This document shows positions 27,993-41,399 of a DNA stretch of 64,000 nt, piece by piece. The stretch lies in NCBI RefSeq assembly GCF_009914755.1, contig NC_060948.1. One strand, written 5' to 3'. The stretch is from the human T2T-CHM13v2.0 reference genome, Homo sapiens. The translations under genes were made by a program, and so were the position numbers. Under the pieces are notes generated by a model. The model saw only the letters and a program-made list of their open reading frames with translations, was not told the origin of the DNA and searched no databases. Numbering within the stretch: position 1 is the first letter of the stretch; each line of letters opens with the position of its first letter.

Positions 27993-28256
27993 ATGGTGGG
28001 TGCCCCTCCCCCAGCCTCGCTGCCACCTTGCAGTTCAATCTCAGACTGCTGTGCTAGCAACGAGCAAGGCTCCATGGGTGTGGGATCCTCTGAGCCAGGC
28101 ACAGAATATAATCTCCTGGTGTGCCGTTTGCTAAGACCATTGGAAAAGCAGAGTATTAGGGTGGGAGTGACCCAATTCTCCAGGTGCTGTGTGTCACAGC
28201 TCTGCTTGGCTATGAAAGGGAATTCCCTGACCCTTTACACTTCCTGGGTGAGGTGA
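27993..28256 (+). CDS. L1 antisense ORF0, open reading frame of 87 aa (expression unknown)
   Basis: MVGAPPPASLPPCSSISDCCASNEQGSMGVGSSEPG...IRVGVTQFSRC, matching ORF0 (MAGAPPPASLPPCSLISDCCASNQ...); ATG in GCAATGG context. Confidence 0.6.
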   Translation: MVGAPPPASLPPCSSISDCCASNEQGSMGVGSSEPGTEYNLLVCRLLRPLEKQSIRVGVTQFSRCCVSQLCLAMKGNSLTLYTSWVR

Positions 28257-29270
28257 TGGCTCACCCTGCTTTGGCTTATGCTCGGTGTGCTGCACCCATT
28301 GTCCTGCACCAACTGTCCAACAAGCCCCAGTGAGATGAACCTGGTACCTCAGTTGGAAATGCAGAAATCACCTGTCTTCTGCTGCACTCACACTGGGAGC
28401 TGTAGACTGGAGCTGTTCCTATTCAGCCATCTTGGAACTGCCCCCTGAGGGTCTGTATTTTTCTAAGAGTGGTTGTTGCCATTTACTACTTTGTTTTTGA
28501 AATCACTGTTTTGCATCTGGGTGAGACTAACATGGGTTATGTGATGATCCAATATTTATTGTTTACTATTGCTACTGAAATTATTTCTTACAAAGTTCTC
28601 TTCAGGTGGGAAGGAGGCAAATATTGATGTGAATGCAATGTTGTACACTTATTCTATGACCTGAAGATCAATCAATTCAAAGTAAATTAGTGACAACAAT
28701 CTTCATTTAACATTTCTGCACTCTCAAAGTACAGGAAAGAATATGAACTGAATTAAATACAAGTACACAGGATTTATAAGTGGAGTCTTCTTGTGTATAC
28801 ATAACAAAAGGTGGTGAACCCACAAAATTCTGTGCATCCTCAAGAGACAGCCTCATGTGGCCCCAGTGGGTCTACAATAGGCAGGTCTGGGCAGAGCAGC
28901 CCCAAATCTGTTAAACAAGAAACAAAACTCCTTAATCACTTGGGCACCATGATGGTGATAACGCACATCTACCTACTATCTAGGGCTCCATGATTAGAGG
29001 TTTAAACTGGGAAACAAACTAGCATTGCCTTTGGTTGGAATGAATTCTTAAGCTCATTAGTTATGTGATAACACCCAGAAAGTTCTGCCACATGACTGTA
29101 GGGTGTCTAGGGATCTTCAGTACAGCTCAGTTCCCACATAAGATTGGTAATGACATCAGAAACCATGTTGCAAAGGGAAGCCTCCAGAGAGAGAGTGAAG
29201 GAGTTGTTTGATGAATGCACCAGAACAGCCAAATTCTGCAGGTAACTTTGTTTTATTTCTTTGTCTCCAG

Positions 29271-30680
29271 CAAAACTGGCCATCTATGAACTTTTGTAAG
29301 ACACTAGTGGCTCATACCAAATTTGAGGTAGTAAGGGGATCTACAGAGACCACAGAAGGGAAGGGAAATCTACAAGAGAAGCAGGAAAAGCCTGTTCTAG
29401 AAGCCCCTCCAAAGGAAAAGGAGTTTCCTCCTCTCTATGTTCCAATGTAACCATTGTTTTCAAGGTTAAGGAAAGGTGTTACACAGGTGGCCCTTGAAGA
29501 ATCAAACTCAGAGGAGAGTGAATCCCAGGCATCACTCCATAGGGAAGAGCCTGACCTCCTGCCCATAAAAACTAAGGAGGAACGTCAGGGTGATGAGGCA
29601 TGCCATCTTAGATTGGGCCACACCTGAGCCTTGCAAATACCCCTCTGGGAGACTCAAAGCCAAATCTATCATGATGAAGAAGGTCAGGTCCAGGAAGGAC
29701 AAGTCTTTTGGTTTATCAAACTTTCTCCACCACCAACCTTCTAAACTGGAAACATCATGCTCCCTCCTATATGGAAAAGCCCCAGACCCTTATACACTTG
29801 ATGCAGTCTGTCTTCCTGACTCATAATCCTACCTGGCCAGACTGTCAGCAACTCCTCTTAATGCTGTTCAATATGAAGGAACACCATACTGTGGCTCAAA
29901 CAGCCCTCCAGTGGTTAGACAGCAATGTGCCTCAAGGCACAAATGATGTCTGGTGATATGCACAGGAAAGATTCCCAGAGACAGACCCTAGCTGGAACCC
30001 CAATGAGGCAGGAGGGTTGCAAAACCTGCAGAGGTTTCGGGAGGCACTCCTAAATGGAATAAAAGCTGAAGGGAAAAAGGCAATGAATATAGGAAAAGTC
30101 TCAGAGGTTCGGCAAAAGGCCGATGAAAGTCCCAGTAAGTTTTATGAAAGACTTTGTGAGGCATACTGGCTTTAGACTCCATTTGACCCAGAGGCTGTGG
30201 GGAATCAGTGCATGGTCAGTGTGGCATTTGTAGGCCAGGCGCAAGGTGATACTAGGTGGAAGCTTCAGAATTTAGAAGGTTTTGAGTGCATGAATGCTAC
30301 TCAGCTTATACAAGTGGCCACTAAGCCGTCTCTTAACCAAGAGGAGGGAGCCAAGAAAGAGGCTAAGCTAAAGGCTAAGGAGAAGGCTGATCTGTTGGTG
30401 GCTGCATTGGTTGAAAAAGAGACTGATTTTGTCAGAGGATAAGGATGTGGTCATGGAAGAGGTCCAGTGAGACCAGGGTTTGAAGGCCACACAAGGCTAG
30501 AGAGGGATCAATGTGGAAGATGCAAGCAGAAAGCACACTGGAAGGATGAATATTCAGAGAGAGAAAAGGATGAGAACAGCAGTCCAGAAGCGGGCACTTT
30601 GTTTAGACTGTCAGCTATGAGTTGATGTGTCCTGAAGCTAGACACTGACCTTGTCGGCCTCAAAGACTATGAAGACTGAG
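29271..30680 (+). pseudogene. gag: gag remnant, 5'-truncated
   Basis: CKTLVA...KPVLEAPP...PPLY, YQTFSTTNLLNWK, THNPTWPDCQQLL, degenerate CCHC at ~30510-30550. Confidence 0.85.
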
Positions 30681-33600
30681 ATAGACCAGGCTCCATCTTT
30701 CTAGGCCCCTGGGAGCCTATGGTCACAATGGAAGTGGGAGGCCAGCAGGTAGACTTTATGGTGGACACTGGTGCTGAACATTCAGTGGTGACTCGGCCCA
30801 TAGGCCCTCTATCTAAAAACTGTGCAACTATAGTTGAGGCAACCAGTGTTTCAGAAAAGAGGCCATTCTTTCAATCCAGAAGGTGTGTTATTGGAGGATG
30901 AGAAGTCCAACATGAATTCTTATATCTGCCAAATTGCCTGGTGCCCCTGCTAAGGAGAGACTTACTTCAAAAGCTGCAAGTGCAGGTCTCTTTCAGGGCA
31001 GGAGAAGGCATGGTGCTAGATCTCAGTCGGCCAAAATCTATGATGTTAATGCTTACCCTTCCACAGACTGAGGAGTGGAGGCTATATGTAAAAGAGGCAG
31101 ACAAGCCATTTAAGTTTATGGACAGGCTATTTGATGAACTGGTTTCTAAGATTCCTGAAGTTTGGGTGGAAGAAAACCCACCAGGACTGGCTATAAACCA
31201 GTGCCAGTGGTAATGGAATTAATTCCAGGTGCTTCACTGATGCACATTCCTCAATACCAAGTGTCTACAGAGGCAGTGTGAGGAATGATCAAGCACGTAA
31301 ATCAGCTATTAGAACACAGAATTATAAAAAAGTGTAAGTCACCTTGGAAAATACCTCTTTTACCGGTGCAAAAACTGTCTGGCAGGTTTAGACCAGTACA
31401 AGATCTCCAGGCTATAAATAAAGTCACTGTTACTCTACATGCAGTGGTGCCCAACCCATACACTCTGAGGGGCCATATTCCTGCCCATGCTGCCTGGTTC
31501 ACCTGCTTAGACTTAAAAGATGCTTTCTTTTGCCTCTGGTTAGTGCCAGTGAGCCAACCTATTTTTGCATTTCAATGGGGAGAAACACAATATACCTGGA
31601 CCAGACTCCCACAAGGGTTCAAAAACTTCCCTACTATCTTTGATGAGGCATTAGCAACAGTTCTCAAGGTTTTTCCTGCCAAATGACAAGTGTGTTCTGT
31701 ACAATACATAGATGACATTTTGTTTGTGGCCCCCACCAAGGAAGATTGTCTCCAGGGCACAGAAGTCCTCCTTCGCCTTCTATGGAAGGCAGGCTATAAG
31801 GTGTCTCAGAAAAAGGCCCAAATGTGTGGTAAAAGAGTAAAGTATCTGGGATTCTTGGTAACCCAGGGGCAATGCAAACTTGGCAGCAAGCAAAAACAGG
31901 CTTTGTGCACACTTCCTACCCAAATGACCCACCGCCAAATAAGGGGGTTTCTGGGAGCCGCAGGTTTCTGCTGCATTTGGATTCCAAACTTTTCACTTAT
32001 GGCAAAACCCTTACATGAAGCCACAAAGCGGGAGAAAAACAGACCCTCCTTTGGGGTATTGAGCAAGAGAAGCCTTTAATAAGATAAAAAAGGACTTAAT
32101 TCAAGCCCCAGCCTTGGGACTACCAGACCTGACAAAGCTTTTCTTCCTCTAGGTGCACAAGAAGCAAAGGATAGTAGTAGAAGTTTTAGTTCAGATCGTA
32201 GGATCGTGGTATCAACCTGTGGCATACTTGTCAAAATGGCTGGACCTAGTGGCCCTAGGATCCCCGGTCTCCCCCATTTCCAGGCAATAGCTGCCAGTGC
32301 CATGCTAGCAGAAGATGCCAGTAAATCAACTCTAGGGCAAAAGCTAATTATCCAGGTGCCACATACCATCGTTACCATAATGGAACAGAGGACATCATTG
32401 GCTATCAAGTCCAAGAATGTTAAGGTATCAAGTACTTTTATGTGAAAATCCATATATAACCTTAGAGACTGTGAACACCTTGAATCTGGCCACCCTTCTC
32501 CCCGTAGAGATGCCCAAGCTGCCCAATCATATGCCACAGCATTATTGTGTAGATCTGGTGGATGAGGAGTTCTTGAGTCAGAGAGACTTGAAGGACCAGC
32601 CCTTTTGAGACTCAGAGTTGAATATTTCACAGATGGGAACAGTTTTATATCAGAAGAGGCCCATCGAGCTGGAGATGCAGTAGTGACCATATATTTGGTG
32701 GCAAAGGCCTGGTCTCTGCCCACAGAAACATCAGCTCAAAAGGCAGAGTTAATAGCCCCAACCAGAGCATTGCTATTAGTCAAAGGAAAGTCACTTAATA
32801 TTTGCACACTCAAAGTACACTTTTGCTACATTGCATGCTCATGGAGCTGTTTACAAAGAAAGAGAACTTTTAACTGCTGGGGGAAAGGAAATTAAAAATA
32901 AGGAAGAAATTTTATAGCTTCTAGTTGCTGTATCAGCTCTGGAGACAGTAGCAGTTATTCACTGTAAAGAACACCAGGTGGGAGATGGCACTGAGGCAAG
33001 AAGAAAGAGGAAAGAGGATAGAGAAGCACAACGAGCAGCCATGACAGATGCACGTCCTGAAAAGGAGACCCAACCGTGCTGCTCTTGCTAGAGCTCTCCT
33101 TACCAGAGGTCCCAAGTTACTCTCTGAATGAAAAAGCCTGGTTTGGGCAAGAGACTGGAAATTACTTAGAAGGAGCCTAGTTGAAATTCTCAGTTGGGAA
33201 CCTGGCCATTCTGGAGGCAACAGTCCCGAGGTTTGTGAAGCAGTTCCATCAAGGAATACACATGGGAATAACAGCATGAGACACATCGATCTGGCAGCAC
33301 TTCTATGTGCCACATCTCACTGTTATCACATGAGCTATTAGTGAGCAGTGCCTAACTTGTGGCCAGAATAATCCATGGCAAGGTCAAACCCAGCTTCCAG
33401 AAATTCAAGCAACAGGGGCAGCACCTTGAGAAAATCTGTTCACCGACTTTACTGAGCTGTCTTGAGCTGGAGGCTATCAGTACACGTTAGTGTTTGTTTG
33501 CACCTTCTCCAGGTGGGTTGAGGCATTCCCCACCCAGACAGAGAAAGCACGAGAAGTGACTCAGGTATTATTAAAAGACATTATACTCAGATTTGGACTG

Positions 33601-34275
33601 CCATTGACTTTAAGATCAGATAATGGGCCAGCATTTGTAGCTGAAGTTGTTCAACAACTAAACCAATCGTAAAAGATTGAACAGAAATTGCACACCGCTT
33701 ACCATCCACAAAGTTCAGGAGAAGTAGAGCAGTTGAACCGGACGCTCAAGCAACTGCTGAAGAAGTTTTGCCAAGAAACTCATCTCAGGTGGGATCAGGT
33801 CTTGCCCATGTCACCTTCTCCGAGTCAGGTGCACCCCTACTAAAAAAAGTGGGTATTTGCCCTACAAAATTGTGTTTGGCTGACCACCACCAATTATAAC
33901 TCATGTTAAAGGTGATCTACGGGAACTAGGGGAATTAACTTTAAGAAGCCAAATGAAGGCCCTAGGGCTGGCTATGCAAAAAGTTTGCGGCTGGGCACAA
34001 GAAAGGATGCCTATAAGCCTAACGGATCCAGTTTACCCTTTTATGCCTGTGGGCCAAATTTAGGTTAAGAAATGGAACCCAGCCACTCTAGGGCCCACAT
34101 GGGATGGGACCCACACTGAAATCTTGTCCACTCCCACTGCTGTTAAAGTCACATGTGTCACACCGATACACTATACCCGACTAAAACTGGCAGCATTGGA
34201 CCAGTGGACCAGTCAGCAGGACCCAGACCATGCAACACAACTGATCCTGTGGTGGACCAGTTTACTACTGAGAAA
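30681..34275 (+). pseudogene. pol: pro-pol remnant
   Basis: [48 protein letters not shown]; stops and frameshifts. Confidence 0.9.
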
Positions 34276-34541
34276 GACGACTGCCCTGCTCTGACCACTC
34301 TGGAGGCTGGTCAATCTAGACACAGCTGAAGCTTGAGGAAATGCCAAGCCCTGCTCTAGCCACACCACTGGAGGCTGGCTAGTCTAGGCACAGCCAAAGC
34401 CTGAGGAGTCTACATCAGATGAATAAATGCGGATAGGAATTTTAAGTTTGTTTGCTATCTTAGTGTTGCTGATTGCCTTGTTACTATGCTATCATTATTG
34501 CCAATCTTTCTGAGAAAGGACTTTTTCTGCCCATGTCTAGT

Positions 34542-36712
34542 ATGAAGATACTGCTTTTTTTTTTTTGCTTTGCTAGCAGCGGTGCATGAGGCTATGCAGG
34601 AAGAAGTACAATTCAAAGAAGGAGGTTCACTCTGCATGCATACTACATTGATAAAGAATGCAGTTGTTAAGACTTTATTATACCACACATACTATGAATG
34701 CCCACGGACTAAGCTAGGTGTCTGTACCCACAATCAAACTATTTACTAAGTCTGTGATCCAGAGAATGAACAACCCTACACATGCTATGACCCAAAGTTC
34801 TTACCTAGGAACTGGTTTGAAATTCATACTGGATCAAAGGAAAGTAGTCTCTTAAATCAGACCAAGATCTCATCCGCCCACAAAGGAGCTGTACCCATGT
34901 ACCTTAATGTATGCCAATGGACATCTAGTAATACAACTTTCTCAAAGTGGTTTCCACATACTTATCCCCTAGCCACTGCTTCTACAGGATACTCCACTTC
35001 CTGCCTAAACAAGAAGGTCTGTAAACCCTTTGTCTGCCCCTCCAAGATTCCAGCAGAGGCTGATTGGTATTGCCCAACACAGTATACAGAACTAGGTGTG
35101 GAACCTGTGACAGTCATGGTTATCCAAATGTAGAAAGACCCAGATTGTAGGACTGGCACACACAATCTTATAATCCTTACTAATTTAAAGCCAGATCTCC
35201 CCACATGGACTACAGGGCTCTCCCTGACATTACAAATGGGAGACCAAAAGTCAGAGAGTAATTTATACATTATAAAGTAGACCTGGACCTGTCCAGCCCA
35301 ACAGCAGTTTCAGGTCTTTAAGTAATTTAATGAGCATTTCAAGCAAGAGGTACCTGAAGTGCCCCCTCGTATAGCTATAAATTTGTTTGCACAGTTGGCT
35401 GAAAACACAGCTGGTAGCCTGGGGATTTCCTCATGTTATGTCTGTGGAGGAACAAATATAGGACACCAATGGCCTTAGAAAGCTAAAGAGATATTGCTTC
35501 AAAAAAATTATACCCTAACCTTTTTATCCTCAGAGCGGACACTCACAAGCCCAAGTGTTTAGCTAGTGAAGACTTTTATCATTAAGAGATACTGCATAGC
35601 CTGTTGGAGAAAGGCTTTTCCTAACCCAGTGGGAGAATTAGCCTGGCTAAGGCAGCAATACTACAATGACACAGTAAGAAAAACTTTGTGATGGGGTAAA
35701 AATAAGCTAGGCAAGAATACCACCAGATAGCCATGCTGCAATCCATTTTCATGTTTCCCTTTCCTGTTTCCCTTCCTTGAACCACTCGTGGTATCAACTA
35801 GAGATACCAGCCACCTGACAAGCAGCTTCTGGCCTGTGTTGGATCTGTGGGGCAAGAGCATATAGGAAATTGCCAGATAAGTGGACAGGAGCTTGCATGC
35901 TAGGAACAATAAAACCTTCATTTTTCCTACTTCCACTACAAAAAGGAGAAATGCAAGGATATCCCATATATGATGAAAATAGAAAGAGAGCTAGAAGGAG
36001 CATAATCTCAAAAATAGATACAAATATCAAGAAGCACATAGACATAGGGGACTGGAAAGACAACGAATCAATGAATGCTCTCTCAAAACAATTATTAAAT
36101 ACTATAGGCCAGCTACCTGGGCACAGAATAGGTCCTGAGGATACTGTACCCCGATCTATATGTTCAACCACATCATAACACTACAAGCTGTACTAGAAAT
36201 CACCACCAATGAAATTGCAAAGGCTTTGGATTTATTGGCTCTACAAGCCACACAGATGAGAACTGCTATATATCAAAATAGGCTGGCATTAGATTACCTC
36301 CTAGCCTCAGAAGGATGTGTCTATGGAAAGTTCAATCGGACGAACCTTTGTCTAGAAATTGATGACAATAGGAAGGCTGTCATGGAAATCACTGCCAGGA
36401 TGCAGAAGTTAGCTCATGTTCCGGTTCAAACTTAGTCAAGATGGTCTCCAAATTCCCTTTTTGGGGGATAGTTTTTGATCTTTGGAGTATTTAAAACCTT
36501 GATAGAATGGTTCATGCTTATCATAAGTTGGCTGCCTAATACTCCCTTTTCTCCTGCCACTTCTCATCGGAAGTATTCAGACAACTATAGAAGCAATTGT
36601 GGCCAGACACACAACTACTCAGATCTTGGCCCTGACCAAGTATCAGACCCTGCCCCAGGAAGAGTATGTACCAACCCCAGAGGAACTAGATAATTGTGGT
36701 GCTCTCTATTGA
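34542..36712 (+). pseudogene. env: ERV3-like env remnant
   Basis: [11 protein letters not shown]...CTHNQT, SCYVCGG, furin site [22 protein letters not shown], closely resembling ERV3-1 Env; many stops. Confidence 0.88.
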
Positions 36713-36747
36713 AGCCTAATTCTTATATACAGCACCAAAGGGGGGAA

Positions 36748-37202
36748 TAAAGTGGAAAATTAAAAGAAATTAAGAACTTACTGTATAAAGTTAGGCAGAA
36801 TAGGTATGAAATGCCCCCCCAAGAAGTGAGAGTTAAGTAAGACTATAAACTGACTTTCTGTGGAGTCTGTGAAGCATTAACCATATCTCTCCTCAACATA
36901 TTTTGTAAGTTCTGTAAGTTCTTAATTTTCTAGCTGTGCAGCTGCAAGGTCACAAAATAGATAAACATAAGCTGCAAGACATGTTTTCCGAAGAATGTCA
37001 CATGATGATTAACTGCCTTTGTTCTCACTTCTGTAAGCCTGCTTCCTGGATCACATAATTCCCGCCTGAAGATGCATAAAAGGCACTTGTTTTCTTCGTT
37101 TACTGCTCAGACTTTCAAGACGTGTCCCCTGAGCCAGTGTACACCTAAAATAAACCCTCCTGAACCCCACTTGGTCTCTCCAGTTCTCTGATTTCTGCCA
37201 CA
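36748..37202 (+). mobile_element. 3' LTR of the ERV3-like provirus (exact subfamily unresolved)
   Basis: Follows PPT; TATA-like CATAAAA ~37075, AATAAA ~37149, ends CA. Confidence 0.75.
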
Positions 37203-38114
37203 GTGCAACTTTAAATCCACATGAAATCTGAACTAATATAGGGAAGATGCAGCATTTGTAGCCAGCAATTACCCTGGAAATTCCCCAGAAACAGTAACAT
37301 TCTGATTCCTATAGGCTTTCTTGTCTGACTTTGCATCCAGCTTTCCTTTCTTCTTTTTTTTTTAATCATGAAGAGGATATTGAAATATAACTTTAAAAAG
37401 AAACAAGAGTCCCAAGCATGGTAGCTCACACCTGTCATCCCAGCACTTTGGGAGGTAGAGGTGGGAGGATACCCTGAACCTAGGGCAACATAGTGAGATC
37501 CCAGCTCTACAGAAAAGTTTTTAAAATTGGCCAGGCTTGATAGCATGCACCTAATGGTCCCAGCATCACAGGAGCCTGCGATAGGAGGATCGTTTAGCCC
37601 AAAGTTTGATACCAGCCTGGGCAACATAGTAAGGCCTCATATCTACAAAACGTTTTTAAAAATTAGCCAGATATAGTGGCACACACCTGTGGTCCAAGTA
37701 TCACAGGGGGTTGAGACACAAGGATTGTTTGAGCCCACAAAAGTTGAGACTGCAGTGAGCTATGATCACACCACTGCACTCCATCCTGGGCAACAGAGTA
37801 AGATCCTGCCTCTAAAAAAATAAAAAATAAAAAAATAAAAAAAGATTGCTTTTGGAGGCCAGACCAGACTTGGATATTATGGTAAAACGAGAAAATGCAA
37901 ATGGAAATGTATTTTAGCAGCATTAAAGTATCATCCCATGTGTGGGAATGGTGGTTCACATTTGTAATCCTAGCACTTTGGGAGGCCAAGGCAGGCAGAT
38001 CACAAGGTCAAGGAGATTGAAACTATCCTGACCACCATGGTGAAACCCCGTCTCTACTAAAAATACAAAAATTAGTTGGGCGTAGTGGCATGCACCTGTA
38101 ATCCCAGCTGCTCA

Positions 38115-38225
<111 letters not shown>

Positions 38226-40059
38226 CTAACTAACAAACTAACTAACTAACTAGCTAACTAAATGGATCATCCCTGACAAACATATTTCTGGCCTTTTGCA
38301 TGCAAACAGTGATTACACCCATGTAGCCAGTCCCGCTGCTGCCACCAGCAGTTCAGCTCCCTTGGGACAAAATACCTTAGATGAACACTCACTTCTCTTA
38401 TTGAATCTGGCCATTTAGGGGATGGAGGTGACTCCTCCTGACCTCTTCTGCAGGTTCCTCGTACATTTCTGCTCTCCATTCTAGAACCTCAAATCTTAAA
38501 CATCACGTTCTCTGGTTTCACTGTAGCCACTTGACCTGTGCTCTTTCTGTAGTTGTCACTCCAAATAGATGATTCTCCCTGACCTCTTTTATCCCATAAT
38601 TCCCCCACATTGACACCTAAGGCAGGACACATTAGAGAAGACAGAAAATCAAGTCTAGTGAGAAAGCAATCAACAATGCTTTGCTACCAATTTCTGTTCA
38701 AAGAAATAGGCCAGGTGCAGTGGTTTACACTGCAATGTAAGCACTTTGGGAGGCTGGGGTGGGAAGATTGGATTGCTTGAGCCCAGGAGCTCAAAACCAG
38801 CTTAGGCAACATAGTGAGACTCTGTCTCTACAAAAAACATAAAAAATTAGCTGGGCTTGATGGTATGCATCTGTAGTCTCAGCTACTGAGGAGGCTGAGG
38901 TGGGAGGATCAGTTGAGCCCAGAGTTCAGGGCTGAGTGAGCTAAGATCATACCACTGCCCTCCAGCCAGTGCAACAAAGTGAGATCACACTCAGAAAAGC
39001 ATATGCCTTCATTTATTAATTTTCTCATGCAACCAATATTTATTTGAGTTAGGATTGTATGCTCAGGAACATACCAGATACAAAAGGATATAACAGAAAA
39101 TGTAACCAGCAATGCCTCTGCCCTTGTTGAGTTTAAAATCTAGTGGCCACAGGGGTAAGGCTTGGTGACACATGCCTGTAATCTCAGCACTTTGGGAGGG
39201 CTAGGAGGGAGGATCATTTGAACCCAGGAGTTTGAGACCAGCCTGGGGTACATGGCAAAACCCTCTCTCTACAAAAAACTTAAAAAGTTAGTTGGGCTTG
39301 GGGGTGCATACCTGTAGTCTCAGCTACTAAGGGGACTGAGCTGGGAGAATCACCTGAGCCCAGGAAGTCGAGGCTTCAGTGAGCTGTGACCCTGCTACTG
39401 CAATCCAGCCTGGGCAATGGAAAGAGACCCTGTCTCAAAAGAGTTAATTAATTAATTAATTAATTTAAATCTAGTGACCAGAGAGAGCTGATAATCCAAC
39501 AAGCTCAAGAAAGTGTCAGAGAGTACAAAAAAAAAAAAAAAAAAGCAAGGTGGTATGATAGAGAAGGTCCTCTTTCCTGAGATGAAATTTGAGTTGAGAC
39601 CTGAAGGCTGACTACAAAAAGACTTAGGGGAAGAGCTTCCCAGAGGGCAAAAGAGTTTTGTGGAAACCACACAAGGGTTCCACACTACACAGCACACATA
39701 ACAGGTATTCATGCATAGCTACAATCTATAACTCAAGTCATAAATTGGTGAACCCATCTGCATGGTCCAACTTCCCCAACGTCATTTCACAAAATCAAAG
39801 TGGGATTACTTTTTAACCTACAAATGTTAATTCAATCAAATGTCTGCCCCACACCTCCCATACTCCTTCAAGGTGGCCCATGTCAGTGGGTGTTTGTGAC
39901 CCAATTGTTTATCAGGTCATTAAGCAAATCAAAGCAACCTAATACACTAAGACCATAGTTCAGATAAAGAGCTGAATTTTGGACATTCCTTTTGTGTTGG
40001 TGGTGCTTATCATATTTTTAAAAATGAGAACCGTTGGAACTTGAATATGAGCAGACTCA

Positions 40060-40480
40060 TACACACACACTTATGATGAGCTTTGTATGAGATATATGCT
40101 TGCATGTGTATAATGTGCATTACATATATTCTTTTACAAACTTTTATATGTATATATGTGTATAATATATTTTCACATATATACACATTCTTTTAAATTA
40201 TATATGTATTATTTATATGACCATATGTTTCTATTACACACATTGTGTGTATGTTATATATAATATATACACAATATATAATACATAGACTTTTATCTAC
40301 ATCACATATAATACATACAACATATATTACATAATATATAAATACATTCAAAAGAACATGTGCGTATATGTCCGTATATATACACACACATATAAAAATA
40401 TGTGTAAAAGAAAACATTATAGGGACATACATACACACATGCACACATAAAATGTATATATGCTATGTAAATGCATATAA
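40060..40480. repeat. TA/CA-rich low-complexity tract
   Basis: Degenerate (TA)n/(TACA)n. Confidence 0.8.
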
Positions 40481-40487
40481 TAGGTCA

Positions 40488-40941
<454 letters not shown>

Positions 40942-41141
40942 CTAAGTGTGGTGGTGGATCGGGATGCTGAGGCAGATAGATCACTCAAACCTAGGAGACA
41001 GAGGTTGCAGTCAAATTCACACCATTGCACTCCAGCCTGAGTGACAGAGCCAGACTCTGTCTCAAAAATAAAAGGCATATAATATAATGTATGCACATAC
41101 AGATAGACAGATTAGATGATAGGGAGATGATACATAGAAGG

Positions 41142-41142
<1 letters not shown>

Positions 41143-41190
<48 letters not shown>
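41143..41190 (+). repeat. [AGAT]12 STR, probably DYS525
   Basis: 12 perfect units counted; flanks ATTCACACCATTGCACTCCA (41015) and TGATGGGAAGATAAACAGATGG (41308-41329) match primer sites as I recall them. Confidence 0.65.
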
Positions 41191-41194
<4 letters not shown>

Positions 41195-41399
41195 CATAGA
41201 TAATTAATGGATAGATATATAGACATAGATATGTACATAGGTGATAACTGATGGATAGATAGATATGTACAGAGAGAGATTAGATAGCTAGATAGAAGAT
41301 ACATGATTGATGGGAAGATAAACAGATGGATGATTGACAGACAAACAGAGGGAGTCTCTCATGCTAAGACAGGGTCTCTAATCCTTACTACTCTTCACA

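Larger units (their letters stand above)
29271..37202 (+). mobile_element. ERV3/HERV-R-like (HERVERI group: HERV3/HERV1/HERV15) provirus lacking 5' LTR, leader and gag start
   Basis: gag, pro, pol and env remnants in order, PPT AAAGGGGGGAA and 3' LTR 36748-37202; no upstream LTR copy or PBS. Confidence 0.85.

Noticed and set aside
34542-36712. Possible intact ERV3-like Env
   Set aside because: Multiple stops and frameshifts; the longest env-frame fragments are about 100 aa
29271-37202. Identification with the AZFa-flanking HERV15 proviruses
   Set aside because: The DYS576 flanks point to Yp, and this copy lacks a 5' LTR
38267-38479. ORF ending LHAKGQK, faintly like the XG signal-peptide end (MHARGQR)
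   Set aside because: Similarity limited to a few residues, with no matching exon structure or other XG exons
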